Shown piece by piece: positions 1 to 9,377 of a stretch of 64,000 bases of DNA. The notes beneath the pieces are model-generated. The model had not been told where the DNA came from. It was given only the letters and a program-made list of their open reading frames with translations, and searched no databases. Within the stretch, counting starts at the first letter, position 1. Every line of letters starts with the position of its first letter. The translations under genes and the position numbers were made by a program. Source of the DNA: an uncultured Arenicella sp. (GTDB lineage: Bacteria > Pseudomonadota > Gammaproteobacteria > Arenicellales > Arenicellaceae); the NCBI GenBank assembly GCA_938048185.1, contig CALIVT010000011.1:42882-106881 (forward strand), read 5' to 3'.

Positions 1-1420
1 CTCTAAAGGAATCCGCGAGCGAGAGCGAAAAACGCCACGCAGCGTTTGGGTCATAATGTAATTCTATTTTAGGTGACGCATGAGTAAAGCTGTCTTCTCG
101 GTCTGCTGGGCGGCTATAACGACACCCTCCAAAACCACATTCAGTACCATCATCGCGTGTTCGACCCGCCAAACTACGATTATCATAATCGTAATCAATG
201 CGCTCGAGTCTCGCACCTGCGCTTAAATGCCAACGTTCACTGATTGACCAATCCACGTGTGTGAACACGCCCAGTTGTTGCGCATCAACTTGGTAATCAT
301 AGTGCACGCCGGTTGGGATAGTCGCGATCAAAAAGGCGGAACCCTGTGTAGCTTCGGCTTGTGATTGCCGTAACTCGCTGTCGGTAAAATCAGCGTCAAA
401 ACCAATCGCTATGTCTAAGCGGTCGTTGAGCGCAAAGCGCAACGCTGATTGCCAGCCAAAACCACTTTGCGCGTTTTGCTCTAACGGATCACCGGGTAGA
501 AAATGAAGCAAAAAATCCATGTCGGTGTCACGCAAATACACCGCGCCATCGGCGCGTGTACCATTATCGAATTCACGCGATGCTTTAAGCCAAGCACGTA
601 GCGATTGTGTTTTTCGAAACGCATTCGGGTCAAGATTCTCACGTGCGAGCCGCGGGTCACGATAACTATCGAGTCCCACTATAAAGCCCGCAGTCTCTTG
701 ATCAAGATCGGTGTAGCTTGCGCCAACGTTTATCTGCCAGTCTCCCAAACCTGCGGCGTGCCGCCAGCTAAGCTTGCGTTGGGTATAACCGGCATCGTCG
801 CGATAGCCTCCGTCTTCGGTAATCGTGGCGTAAACCCGGCCGCCCTCGTAGGAGACTGCCGCCTGGCCGCGCACATAACTATTAGAGCCCGCTTCGATCG
901 CGAAATAATCGTCTCCTTGCGCGGGTAAGATCACATTAACGCTGCCGGTTAAGGCATTAGAACCGTAAAACGCGGAACTCGCCCCGCGCACAACTTCGAG
1001 CCGCTGTGCCGCTTCAAAATGCGTGTCAAACAGCTCGTTGACGTTACACGCCCCCGCGCCACGCACCGGAATAGTCTCTTCCATTATAAGCACGCTGCCA
1101 CATGCGCCAGCCCCGGTAAGTACCGCAGAACGTATACCAGGTAACGACTCTTGGCCACTGCCGCGCTGCAAGCTGACGCCCGGAACCCGACTTAAACTTT
1201 GTTGAATATGCACTGGCCGAACCCGCGCCAGTTCCTGAGCGTCAGCAACCGTAATATTGATTGATTGCTCATCAAGTGGCCGTTCAATACGAGAGCCGAT
1301 GACCGCGACTTCCTCTAATTCAACCGCAAATACATGGCTCGAAAATGCAGTGATACAGGCGCTCGCTATGAGCCCAGTGACAGGGGCGATAGACACGTAT
1401 CGCCCGATAAAATTGATCAT
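1..1420 (-). CDS. TonB-dependent receptor, 3' end runs off the window (absent from the ORF track)
   Basis: Hand translation from ATG at 1420: signal peptide MINFIGRYVSIAPVTGLIASACITAFSSHVFA, TonB-box-like VELEEVAVIGSR, plug motifs RVPGVSLQRG, GIRSAVLTGAGACGS and RLEVVRGASSAFYGSNALTGSVNVI. The frame was open in every segment I translated, down to base 2 (...HYDPNAAWRFSLSLADSFR). Confidence 0.9.
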   Translation of the reverse strand, partial: MINFIGRYVSIAPVTGLIASACITAFSSHVFAVELEEVAVIGSRIERPLDEQSINITVADAQELARVRPVHIQQSLSRVPGVSLQRGSGQESLPGIRSAVLTGAGACGSVLIMEETIPVRGAGACNVNELFDTHFEAAQRLEVVRGASSAFYGSNALTGSVNVILPAQGDDYFAIEAGSNSYVRGQAAVSYEGGRVYATITEDGGYRDDAGYTQRKLSWRHAAGLGDWQINVGASYTDLDQETAGFIVGLDSYRDPRLARENLDPNAFRKTQSLRAWLKASREFDNGTRADGAVYLRDTDMDFLLHFLPGDPLEQNAQSGFGWQSALRFALNDRLDIAIGFDADFTDSELRQSQAEATQGSAFLIATIPTGVHYDYQVDAQQLGVFTHVDWSISERWHLSAGARLERIDYDYDNRSLAGRTRDDGTECGFGGCRYSRPADREDSFTHASPKIELHYDPNAAWRFSLSLADSFR

Positions 1421-1492
1421 AGTTGGGATGCCGACGCACAAACGCGGCTTGCTATAAAGTTGACTACTTTAGCGTAGTTTACACTATGTGCG

Positions 1493-3028
1493 TCAACCTA
1501 CATTTGAATCCTCAAAACTGGCCTTACGCGCTTCCATATAGGCGATCAGTTTGGCGTCTATTTCCGCATCAAGTTCAGGCGCTTGGTAATCTGCTAGCAT
1601 CTTTTTGTACTGAGCATTGGCACGCGTTTGGGTGTCGGGGCTACCCGCTTCGACCCACGCTTCGTAGCTATTATTGTCGGACACCGTCGATGGGTAAAAT
1701 GCGGTCTTAAAGTTGCGCTGAGTGTGCTCACAACCCAAGAAATGCTGGCCCGGACCGACTTCACGCAACGCATCGAGCGCTTGACCGTTTTCGCTCATGT
1801 CCACGCCTTGCGCAGACACTCGCAACATGCCGGCCTGATCGGCGTCCATAATGAATTTTTCGTAGCCCATTGATAAGCCTCCCTCTAACCAACCTGCCGT
1901 GTGCAAGGCAAAATTAACGCCGGCATTAAGAGTTGCATTCAGTGTGTTTGCCGCCTCGTACCCGGCTTGAGCATCTGGTAGTTTGGACGACGTGAAACCA
2001 CCCCCACTGCGAAAAGGAACACCTAAACGGCGCGCTAAAGAGCCACCGATGTTCATTACTTGCGACGCCTCGGGCGTACCAAACGTGGGCGCACCAGATT
2101 GCATGGACATGGAACTTACAAAATTTCCGTAAATCATCGGCGCACCAGGACGCACCAATTGAATCAAAGACATACCGGCGAGGCCTTCGGCCAAGCTCTG
2201 AGCAGCGACACCTGCTGCCGACACGGGCGACATAGCACCGGCAACAATAAACGGGGTAACAATACAGGCTTGGTTATTACGCGCGTATACTTTCAGAGAC
2301 CCAACCATTGTGCCGTCAAATGCCATCGGCGAATTGGCATTAATTAAATTGATCATTACGCAATTTTGATCAACAAATTCGTCACCAAACACTATCTTAG
2401 CCATCGCGACTGAGTCTTCCGCACGCTCAGGCGCCGTCACCGACCCCATAAACGGCTTATCGGAATATTTAAGGTGGGCATAGACCATGTCGAAGTGGCG
2501 CTTATTCACCGGCAAATCGACCGGCTCACAGATAGTACCGCCCGAGTGATGCAAGTTGTCTGACATGTACGCCAGCTTCACAAAGTTGTTAAAATCTTCG
2601 ATGGTCGCGTAGCGACGCCCCCCGTCCAAGTCATAGACAAATGGCGGGCCATAGGCCGGCACTAACACCATATTATCGCCACCAATTTGCACGTTACGTT
2701 TGGGGTTTCGCGCGTGTTGGGTGAACTCTCGTTGTGCTGTCGCCTGAACTATATCGCGACACATACCGCGCGGAAACCGAATACGATCGCCGTCAATAGC
2801 CGCGCCCGCGTCACGGAAGATATCCAACGTTTCCTCATCGTCGGTAAAATCGATACCGATCTCTTCTAAAATAATTTCGGCGTTGTTTTCAATAATGCTC
2901 AGTGACGCGTCATCGAGCACCTCAAAGTAAGGGATCTTGCGTTGAATATAGGCAGGCGCGGTTGATTCCGCATTGGCTGCTTGCGCTGCTCGGCGGCTGC
3001 GACCGCCACCTCTTCGTTCTCTGGCCAT
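1493..3028 (-). CDS. MttB-family (trimethylamine methyltransferase superfamily) corrinoid methyltransferase, non-pyrrolysine
   Basis: 511 aa. MttB-like motifs RYATIEDFNNFVKLAY, HSGGTICEPVD, TPFIVAGAMSPVS, SGAPTFGTPE, KLPDAQAGYE, HTAGWLEGGL. No in-frame amber codon. Confidence 0.93.
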   Translation of the reverse strand: MARERRGGGRSRRAAQAANAESTAPAYIQRKIPYFEVLDDASLSIIENNAEIILEEIGIDFTDDEETLDIFRDAGAAIDGDRIRFPRGMCRDIVQATAQREFTQHARNPKRNVQIGGDNMVLVPAYGPPFVYDLDGGRRYATIEDFNNFVKLAYMSDNLHHSGGTICEPVDLPVNKRHFDMVYAHLKYSDKPFMGSVTAPERAEDSVAMAKIVFGDEFVDQNCVMINLINANSPMAFDGTMVGSLKVYARNNQACIVTPFIVAGAMSPVSAAGVAAQSLAEGLAGMSLIQLVRPGAPMIYGNFVSSMSMQSGAPTFGTPEASQVMNIGGSLARRLGVPFRSGGGFTSSKLPDAQAGYEAANTLNATLNAGVNFALHTAGWLEGGLSMGYEKFIMDADQAGMLRVSAQGVDMSENGQALDALREVGPGQHFLGCEHTQRNFKTAFYPSTVSDNNSYEAWVEAGSPDTQTRANAQYKKMLADYQAPELDAEIDAKLIAYMEARKASFEDSNVG

Positions 3029-3121
3029 GACAATGTCCTCTTTTTCTTCTATCGTTCTAAATTATCTAGCATGCTGCACGCGCAATTTTTTTTAACTATT
3101 TAGCGCGTATACGCTCTGCTT

Positions 3122-5125
3122 CTAAGATCGCCGTCGCCGACGATTTCTCTGTATTGATTGTGCCGCGATGGGCGACACCGAAAATTTCATACCGTCGACA
3201 AAGTAGTCTTGAAAATTCGGTTCGTTCGCGCTTTCAATTTTACGCACCAGCTTGACCGCCTCAATAATACGTTCGCGTTCGGTGATACTTAACAAAGCCT
3301 TGGTTGCACCAATGCCCGCGGCGTTTCCAACTGAGCTAATTTGGTCTTTCGTAGCGCTTGGAATAATATCGAGGTCAGCAACAAAGTCAGGGTCTAGATG
3401 CGCACCAAAGGCACCGGCCAACAGTACTTTATCAAACGCCTTGCAATCCAAATAATCCATCAATAATTGCACGCCCGCAGACAGCGCGGCTTTAGCAAGT
3501 TGAATAGACCGCACATCAGTTTGTTCGACATAAATTGAATTAGCACCCTGCTCTACCAGTAAAAAACGAACCGTATTACCATTACTATCAAAACGTTCTG
3601 GCGCGTTTGTTTGCACAAATAGACCGGTTTGGTCGATCAGGCCCGCTTTCGCTAACTCAACCATAACTTCGATAATACCCGAACCACAAATACCGATAAC
3701 GCGCGGCTGAGCTGCAGCAAAGCCATCTTGATCTGACCATGCATCGACGCCAATAACCTTGAAACGCACCTCGAATGTCTCAGGGTCTATTCGAATTCGC
3801 TCAATCGCGCCATGCGATGCGCGCACACCAGAGCTAATTTCAGCACCCTCAAAGGCTGGGCCGGTGGGCGACGAAGTGGCGTACACCACACCGTCTTTAG
3901 CCAACATGATTTCCGCGTTTGTTCCAATATCAACCAACAAGGTGGTTTGCGATTGCATGGTGTCGATTTCACTCAAATACGCTGCTGCTGTATCAGCGCC
4001 GACGTGACCAGCAATTAATGGTAAAAATGCCAATCGTGTGCTCGGAAATAGATCCAGGCCGATTTCCGCCGCCGTCATTTCTAACCACTCTCGGATCGCT
4101 AAGGTAAAGGGCGCCTGGCCTAACTCAACCGGTGAGATTCCGAAAAACAAATGATGCATGATCGGATTGCCGACTAGAACCACTTCCAACAATTTATCGT
4201 GTGTTAACGCTAATTGTTTGCAGGCTTCATGAAACATCTCGGTAAGCTTATTGCGTACCGCGTCGGTGAGTTTTTGCTCACCGCCTTTGTTCATCATTAC
4301 GTAGGAAACACGGCTCATCAAATCTTCGCCATACTGAATTTGCGGGTTCATGGCCGATGTTTCGTACAATAAATCGCCGCTGAGTAAGTCGTAAACGTAA
4401 ACGGCCAACGTTGTCGAGCCGATGTCTACCGCGGCGCCAACCACTCGTGTTTCACCTTGTGGGTACAGTGCTACAACGTGCGAGCTATCACGCACGACCA
4501 CACTTAATTTACCGCTAGTTTCATGCACCAAGGCATGCAAATTTGCGAGTAGCTTAGGGTGGACACTGGCATCAATAGACTGCTCGGCTAAGCGCTCAAT
4601 TAGGTTTTCAGTAACCGACGGGTTGGTGTCCATCGTGGCTTCTGCCAGCTCTACATCACATACCTGCAAGACTGGATTCAGGTCGAAATCGCGCGCGATG
4701 TTTTTCTTGCTGATGTAAGCCAAATTTTCTTGGCTGCGCTCGGGCACATCAATTAATACGTCGCCCAATACACGTGTGCGACAAGCAAGGCGCAAACCTT
4801 TGAACTTATCGTTACGCTGATACATGCGTTCTTCTAGATCCGTGACGGGCGACAAATTATCGGCCGACGATATCAAGCCATGTTTTGAGTGCGAGCCCTC
4901 TGATACGTCCACCCAACATTGACGACAATTGCCGTTGCCGCCGCATAATGAACGAATCGCGACACCGGTTGCCTGCGCGGTTTCCAGCAAGGTTGCGCCA
5001 AGTTCCGCCTCGGTCGACAAGCCGGATGGCGTAAAGACAACTCGTTTGGTTTCAGTAACCGGGTCGGCACACGGGTCAGTGCGCTGGCTCGCAGCTTGAT
5101 CAAGACTAGGGGCGGCGTCAGACAT
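3122..5125 (-). CDS. RamA/RACo-type ATP-dependent corrinoid reductive activase (2Fe-2S plus ASKHA/DUF4445)
   Basis: N-terminal 2Fe-2S motif CGGNGNCRQC...RLAC. ASKHA motifs AVDIGSTT, DIGTNAE, GPAFEGAEI, GICGSG, LAGAFG, VGNAAGIGA. Confidence 0.92.
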   Translation of the reverse strand: MSDAAPSLDQAASQRTDPCADPVTETKRVVFTPSGLSTEAELGATLLETAQATGVAIRSLCGGNGNCRQCWVDVSEGSHSKHGLISSADNLSPVTDLEERMYQRNDKFKGLRLACRTRVLGDVLIDVPERSQENLAYISKKNIARDFDLNPVLQVCDVELAEATMDTNPSVTENLIERLAEQSIDASVHPKLLANLHALVHETSGKLSVVVRDSSHVVALYPQGETRVVGAAVDIGSTTLAVYVYDLLSGDLLYETSAMNPQIQYGEDLMSRVSYVMMNKGGEQKLTDAVRNKLTEMFHEACKQLALTHDKLLEVVLVGNPIMHHLFFGISPVELGQAPFTLAIREWLEMTAAEIGLDLFPSTRLAFLPLIAGHVGADTAAAYLSEIDTMQSQTTLLVDIGTNAEIMLAKDGVVYATSSPTGPAFEGAEISSGVRASHGAIERIRIDPETFEVRFKVIGVDAWSDQDGFAAAQPRVIGICGSGIIEVMVELAKAGLIDQTGLFVQTNAPERFDSNGNTVRFLLVEQGANSIYVEQTDVRSIQLAKAALSAGVQLLMDYLDCKAFDKVLLAGAFGAHLDPDFVADLDIIPSATKDQISSVGNAAGIGATKALLSITERERIIEAVKLVRKIESANEPNFQDYFVDGMKFSVSPIAAQSIQRNRRRRRS

Positions 5126-5130
5126 TTGAA

Positions 5131-5535
5131 TTAATTATGCTCAATGGAGTCATCCCAACGCAGAAAACGAGTTTCATTTTGACTAATTTCATAATAGTCG
5201 CCTTTTTCACCAACAAATACATGACCACTAACTTCGAGCTGACTTGCGTCAGTCATACTGCCAGCAGTAATACTCAAGAATCGATTTTTATCATTGCGCC
5301 AAAATAGTTGCGAACCGCAGTCGGGGCAAAAACCATGACGCGAATTCTCAGAGACGTAATACCACTTAGGCTCACCACTGATCTTAATATCATCTAGGGC
5401 GACTTGTGCAGCGGCCATATAATGCCCGGTCATCTGTCGACATTGACGACAGTGGCAATACCATAGTGGCTTCGTCGCTTTCGACGTATACCCAATATTG
5501 CCACAACAGCAAGAACCCGAGATCGATTTTGACAT
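5131..5535 (-). CDS. GFA/CENP-V family zinc protein
   Basis: GSCCCG...CHCRQCR...GFCPDCGSQLF pattern. Start placed at ATG 5535 (MSKSISGSC) because the longer track ORF overlaps the upstream gene. Confidence 0.88.
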   Translation of the reverse strand: MSKSISGSCCCGNIGYTSKATKPLWYCHCRQCRQMTGHYMAAAQVALDDIKISGEPKWYYVSENSRHGFCPDCGSQLFWRNDKNRFLSITAGSMTDASQLEVSGHVFVGEKGDYYEISQNETRFLRWDDSIEHN

Positions 5536-5552
5536 AATCGTAGGCCCGATTT

Positions 5553-6452
5553 TTACGCTCGTCGACGTCGACTGCGACGCCGGCTTTCGCCCACCTCGCC
5601 CTCTTTGGCGGGCTCGCGATAATTCAAAATCCACTGCTGGCAATCAGGGTCATTAAACGCCAATACATCGGCGGCTCTGACAGCCTGCACTAACCCATCA
5701 TGCAAGGGGTTAACAATAGCTGAGGTCATTCCTGCGCCAATTGCCATCGGTAGAAAGGCATTGTTTATGCCGTGTCTGTTCGGTAGGCCGAAACTGATAT
5801 TTGACGCGCCACAGGTAGTGTTCACCTTAAGTTCTTCGCGCAGACGCTTACATAAAGCAAACACTTGATTGCCGGCGCCGCCGATGGCTCCAATTGGCAT
5901 CACTAACGGATCAATCACAACATCTTGGGCTTTGATACCATAGTCCGCTGCGTGCTCGACGATGCGCTTGGCGATTTCAAAACGCACATCAGGGTCTTCT
6001 GAGATACCGGTTTCGTCGTTCGAGATTCCGACCACCGCGGCATCGTATTTTTTAACCAAGGGCAGCACTCGTTCAAGTACCTCTACTTCGGCCGTAGTCG
6101 AGTTGACCAAGGCACGGCCTTGGTAGGCGGCCAAACCCGCTTCGAGGGCTTCGATAATTGATGAGTCGATGCACAAAGGCACATCAACCACTGCTTGTAC
6201 GCGACGAATAGCTTCCGCCAAAATCGCCGGCTCGTCGGCAAGTGGTATGCCTGCATTTACATCCAGCATTTGTGCACCCGCCGCAACCTGTGCGATGGCA
6301 TCGGATTCTACTCGGCTGTAATCGCCCTCTTTCATCTCAGCTGCGAGGATTTTGCGCCCAGTTGGGTTTATGCGCTCACCAATCATGGTAAAGGGGCTGC
6401 CAAAGCCGATGATAACTTCTTTATTGGGTGACGATAAAACGGTCTTAGTCAT
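5553..6452 (-). CDS. Methyltetrahydrofolate:corrinoid methyltransferase (stand-alone pterin-binding domain of MetH type)
   Basis: IGERINPTGRK, GAQMLDVNAG, PLCIDSS, ALVNS, IDPLVMPIGA, GASNISFGLP motifs. Confidence 0.92.
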   Translation of the reverse strand: MTKTVLSSPNKEVIIGFGSPFTMIGERINPTGRKILAAEMKEGDYSRVESDAIAQVAAGAQMLDVNAGIPLADEPAILAEAIRRVQAVVDVPLCIDSSIIEALEAGLAAYQGRALVNSTTAEVEVLERVLPLVKKYDAAVVGISNDETGISEDPDVRFEIAKRIVEHAADYGIKAQDVVIDPLVMPIGAIGGAGNQVFALCKRLREELKVNTTCGASNISFGLPNRHGINNAFLPMAIGAGMTSAIVNPLHDGLVQAVRAADVLAFNDPDCQQWILNYREPAKEGEVGESRRRSRRRRA

Positions 6453-6500
6453 GGCGTATCTCGCTTAATGTTATTCTACTATTTTGATTATTACGTTGAT

Positions 6501-7502
6501 CTAGTAACCGGGAGCCCAAACCTGCCGGCCATCTAGCACTCCAGATTGTCTGACCATTTCAGCAACATACTTTTCTTGACGGTATGCCATGACGTGTACG
6601 CCACTGATGCCCTCAATTTCTTTGCATTGCTGCATCAGTTCTACGCATATTTTTTGACCTTCGGCCTTTTGATTTTCAGCGCCTTCAAGCCGCTGAATCA
6701 GTTCATCCGGAATATGTACTCCGGGCACATTTGTGCGCAACCAACGTGCAGTATTCGCCGATGCCAAGGTACCCACGCCGGCCAAAATAAACGCTTTCTC
6801 GGTAAGGCCCATATCAACCGAACGCCGCATCATGTCGCGCAACACTGGCAAGTCAAAACAGTATTGGGTTTGAATAAACTCAGCACCTGCCGCAACTTTT
6901 TTTTGTAACTGACGCACCCGGTTTTCAATCGGCGGAACAAACGGGTTAATGGTAGAACCCGCAAATACCTTTGGCGCTTTGTCTAATTTACGACCACTCA
7001 GAAAACGCGACTCGTCACGCATGGTACGAATAGTAGTAAGCAAGGATATGCTGTCTAAATCAAAGACCGGCTTTGCCTCAGGGTGATCACCCGCCGACAC
7101 ATCATCACCACTCAAAGCCAGCACATTGCATACGCCCATTGCCGCGGCACCGAGTACGTCCCCTTGAATCGCGATGCGATTTTTATCGCGACACGAAATT
7201 TGTAAAATTGGCGAATAACCAACATGTGATAGTAAAGCGCAAACCGCGACGCTCGACATGTGGCAATTAGCCCCAGAACCATCAGTCGCGTTTATGGCAT
7301 CGCACACGCCATCAAATAGTGCGGCACGTTCATACACTTGATCGGCGTCGGCGGAATCTGGCGGCGCTATCTCGCTGGTCACCACAAAGTGGCCTTGACG
7401 CAATACACGCTCAAATCGACCTTGCGAGACGTGCCCGACGGCCTCGGGTAACGGACTGCCTAGATTATCAACCGGTGGATGTTGACTCGCTTGAGCGTTC
7501 AT
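6501..7502 (-). CDS. metF: Methylenetetrahydrofolate reductase
   Basis: VTSEIAPP, NATDGSGA, LQISCRDKNRIAIQ, LALSGDD, KVAAGAEFIQTQYCFD, GVHVMA motifs. Confidence 0.9.
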   Translation of the reverse strand: MNAQASQHPPVDNLGSPLPEAVGHVSQGRFERVLRQGHFVVTSEIAPPDSADADQVYERAALFDGVCDAINATDGSGANCHMSSVAVCALLSHVGYSPILQISCRDKNRIAIQGDVLGAAAMGVCNVLALSGDDVSAGDHPEAKPVFDLDSISLLTTIRTMRDESRFLSGRKLDKAPKVFAGSTINPFVPPIENRVRQLQKKVAAGAEFIQTQYCFDLPVLRDMMRRSVDMGLTEKAFILAGVGTLASANTARWLRTNVPGVHIPDELIQRLEGAENQKAEGQKICVELMQQCKEIEGISGVHVMAYRQEKYVAEMVRQSGVLDGRQVWAPGY

Positions 7503-7981
7503 ACTTCGGCCTTGCTAACGCTTTTGGTAGCACGATTAGTACCCCCCTCTTTCGCGAGTCGTATCCAAGCGCTGCTACCCTTATGTTGATGATTTGGCGC
7601 GAACTGAATAAGCTCAATTTCTTGGGCATGCTTCATTTTTTGAGAGCCGCTCCAAGCATCAACCCAAACACATTTCATTTCCGGTTTTACCTCACAATTA
7701 CCGTTCGCGCGCACACCACCGCAAGGGCCGTTACGAATCGTCTTAGGGCAATTCATCGGACACGTCATGCCGGTACTCGAAAGCACGCAATTGCCGCACA
7801 TTTTGCAATCAAACAACGCGCCTTTAACCTGTTTCTCAAACCATGTCACCGGGGCATCAAGCTTGCTACCAAAGAGTTTATTGAAAACCGTCAGCGTCGC
7901 TAAGATAATCGGGCTGCTCGCGTTATAGACCATTTCATAGGCCCGCGCATGACGTGTGGCAAAGCGTCTAAGCTGGTACAT
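7499..7981 (-). CDS. MTHFR C-terminal/MetV-like cysteine-rich small subunit
   Basis: FDCKMCGNCVLSSTGMTCPMNCPKTIRNGPCGGVRANGNCEVKPEMKCVW. ATGA overlap with metF. RBS AAGGTG precedes ATG 7981. Confidence 0.88.
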   Translation of the reverse strand: MYQLRRFATRHARAYEMVYNASSPIILATLTVFNKLFGSKLDAPVTWFEKQVKGALFDCKMCGNCVLSSTGMTCPMNCPKTIRNGPCGGVRANGNCEVKPEMKCVWVDAWSGSQKMKHAQEIELIQFAPNHQHKGSSAWIRLAKEGGTNRATKSVSKAEV

Positions 7982-8654
7982 GTTGCACCTTAATAGAGTC
8001 AAGCGCGGTTGCGGGGGCTAAACCATCGAAGCCAACGAATTGGTAGCGATACGCTAAACCCAACACTTCGGCGTGCCGTTTTGCGTCTTGTTGCAACTGG
8101 GGGTCCTCCGTTTGAGCCAGGTACACTAGCTGCGTGTAGTGCTTAAAATATTCATCTTTAAGTTCTGGATAGCGGTCAATGCCCAAGCCTTGAATCACAA
8201 AGCGGTCAAAAAACTTGACCAAAAAATCAGTTAAGAAAAAGCTGCCTAATTCTTTATCGACAATATCTTGATAGTTTTGAGCGCCAGCGAAAAATTCGTA
8301 ACAATGCGCGCCTGGCAAACGTTCGGCCTTGTGTTTTTCCAAAACCGTGTCTAGTGCGCCGGCCGTGCCACAGTCGCCGTAAGCAACAAACACACTTTGA
8401 TAATCAGCGGCGTGCTGATCAAGATATTTATCGACTTCGCCCGCAATCAACTGCGGTGTATTATGCAAATGAGCCGGCAAACACTGTAAATCTATGAACT
8501 CGTCGAGTTCGGGATTGTGTTTAATTAATTCGACTAGCTCATAAACCAGTGCGCCGCAGGCGAGCACTAAGCGCTTGGGCGCCGCACTCTTTGCAGTGAT
8601 ACCCGACGCCCCTGTAATCGAGTTGTGCGGTAGCGTTGCGGTTAACAATGGCAT
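7968..8654 (-). CDS. DUF1638 family protein (corrinoid reactivation accessory)
   Basis: LACGAL, CLPAHLHNTP, VAYGDCGT, HCYEFFAG, FFLTDFL motifs, plus its position between corrinoid protein and metF genes. Confidence 0.85.
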   Translation of the reverse strand: MPLLTATLPHNSITGASGITAKSAAPKRLVLACGALVYELVELIKHNPELDEFIDLQCLPAHLHNTPQLIAGEVDKYLDQHAADYQSVFVAYGDCGTAGALDTVLEKHKAERLPGAHCYEFFAGAQNYQDIVDKELGSFFLTDFLVKFFDRFVIQGLGIDRYPELKDEYFKHYTQLVYLAQTEDPQLQQDAKRHAEVLGLAYRYQFVGFDGLAPATALDSIKVQHVPA

Positions 8655-8681
8655 AGCGACTCGATCCGATTTACAAAGCCG

Positions 8682-9377
8682 CTAAGCGGCTTGAACGCTC
8701 TTCGCGTAGGTCTGTGCCATTTCGGCGCTGCGGGCAGCGTCGCGGCCGTAGGCATCGGCACCAATTGCATCTGCGAACTCTTGGTTAAGCGGCGCGCCGC
8801 CACACATCACATGAAAGTCATTACGCATACCGCGCTTATCTAACTCTTCAATAACAACGCCCATATAAGGCATGGTGGTTGTTAACAGTGCTGACATTCC
8901 CATGATGACGGGTTTGTGTTCGTCGATCGCTTCAAGGTAGTTCTCAACCGGGTTATTAATACCCAGGTCTATCACCTCAAACCCCGCACCTTCGAGCATC
9001 ATGCCGACCAAGTTCTTACCAATATCATGGATATCGCCTTTGACCGTGCCGATTACAAACTTGCCCAATGACAGGTCGACTGAGCTATTCGCCAAAATAG
9101 GTCTTAGCAACCCCATACCCTGTTTCATGGCGCCAGCGCACTTAAGCACCTCGGGCACGAACAAAATACCATCACGAAAGTCTTCACCAACGATTTTCAT
9201 GCCACCGACTAGCGCATCGCCTAGAATGTCGTTTGCATCCCAATCCCGACCCAGCAATATCTCTACGCCTTCAAATACTTCGTCGTTTAAGCCATCGTAA
9301 AGGTCGTCTTGAATTTGTTCGACAAGTTCTTTATCGTCCAAATCAGCCAATTCAAAATCGTCTTCTTGTTCACTCAT
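8682..9377 (-). CDS. Stand-alone corrinoid (B12-binding) protein
   Basis: Cap domain GMKIVGEDFRDGILFVPEVL, B12 motif GTVKGDIHDIGKNLV, MSALLTTTM, CGGAP. Confidence 0.94.
   Translation of the reverse strand: MSEQEDDFELADLDDKELVEQIQDDLYDGLNDEVFEGVEILLGRDWDANDILGDALVGGMKIVGEDFRDGILFVPEVLKCAGAMKQGMGLLRPILANSSVDLSLGKFVIGTVKGDIHDIGKNLVGMMLEGAGFEVIDLGINNPVENYLEAIDEHKPVIMGMSALLTTTMPYMGVVIEELDKRGMRNDFHVMCGGAPLNQEFADAIGADAYGRDAARSAEMAQTYAKSVQAA

Noticed and set aside
2990-3028. Twin-arginine (Tat) signal at the MttB N-terminus
   Set aside because: RR pairs are present, but there is no hydrophobic h-region or cleavage site, and the partner proteins are cytoplasmic.
1493-3028. Pyrrolysine recoding in MttB
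   Set aside because: The ORF is continuous for 511 codons with no in-frame TAG, and there are no pyl genes in the window.
5536-5643. N-terminal extension of the GFA ORF (a fourth Arg-rich tail)
   Set aside because: It is an alternative-frame reading of the upstream gene's Arg-rich 3' end. The ATG at 5535 gives a normal GFA protein.
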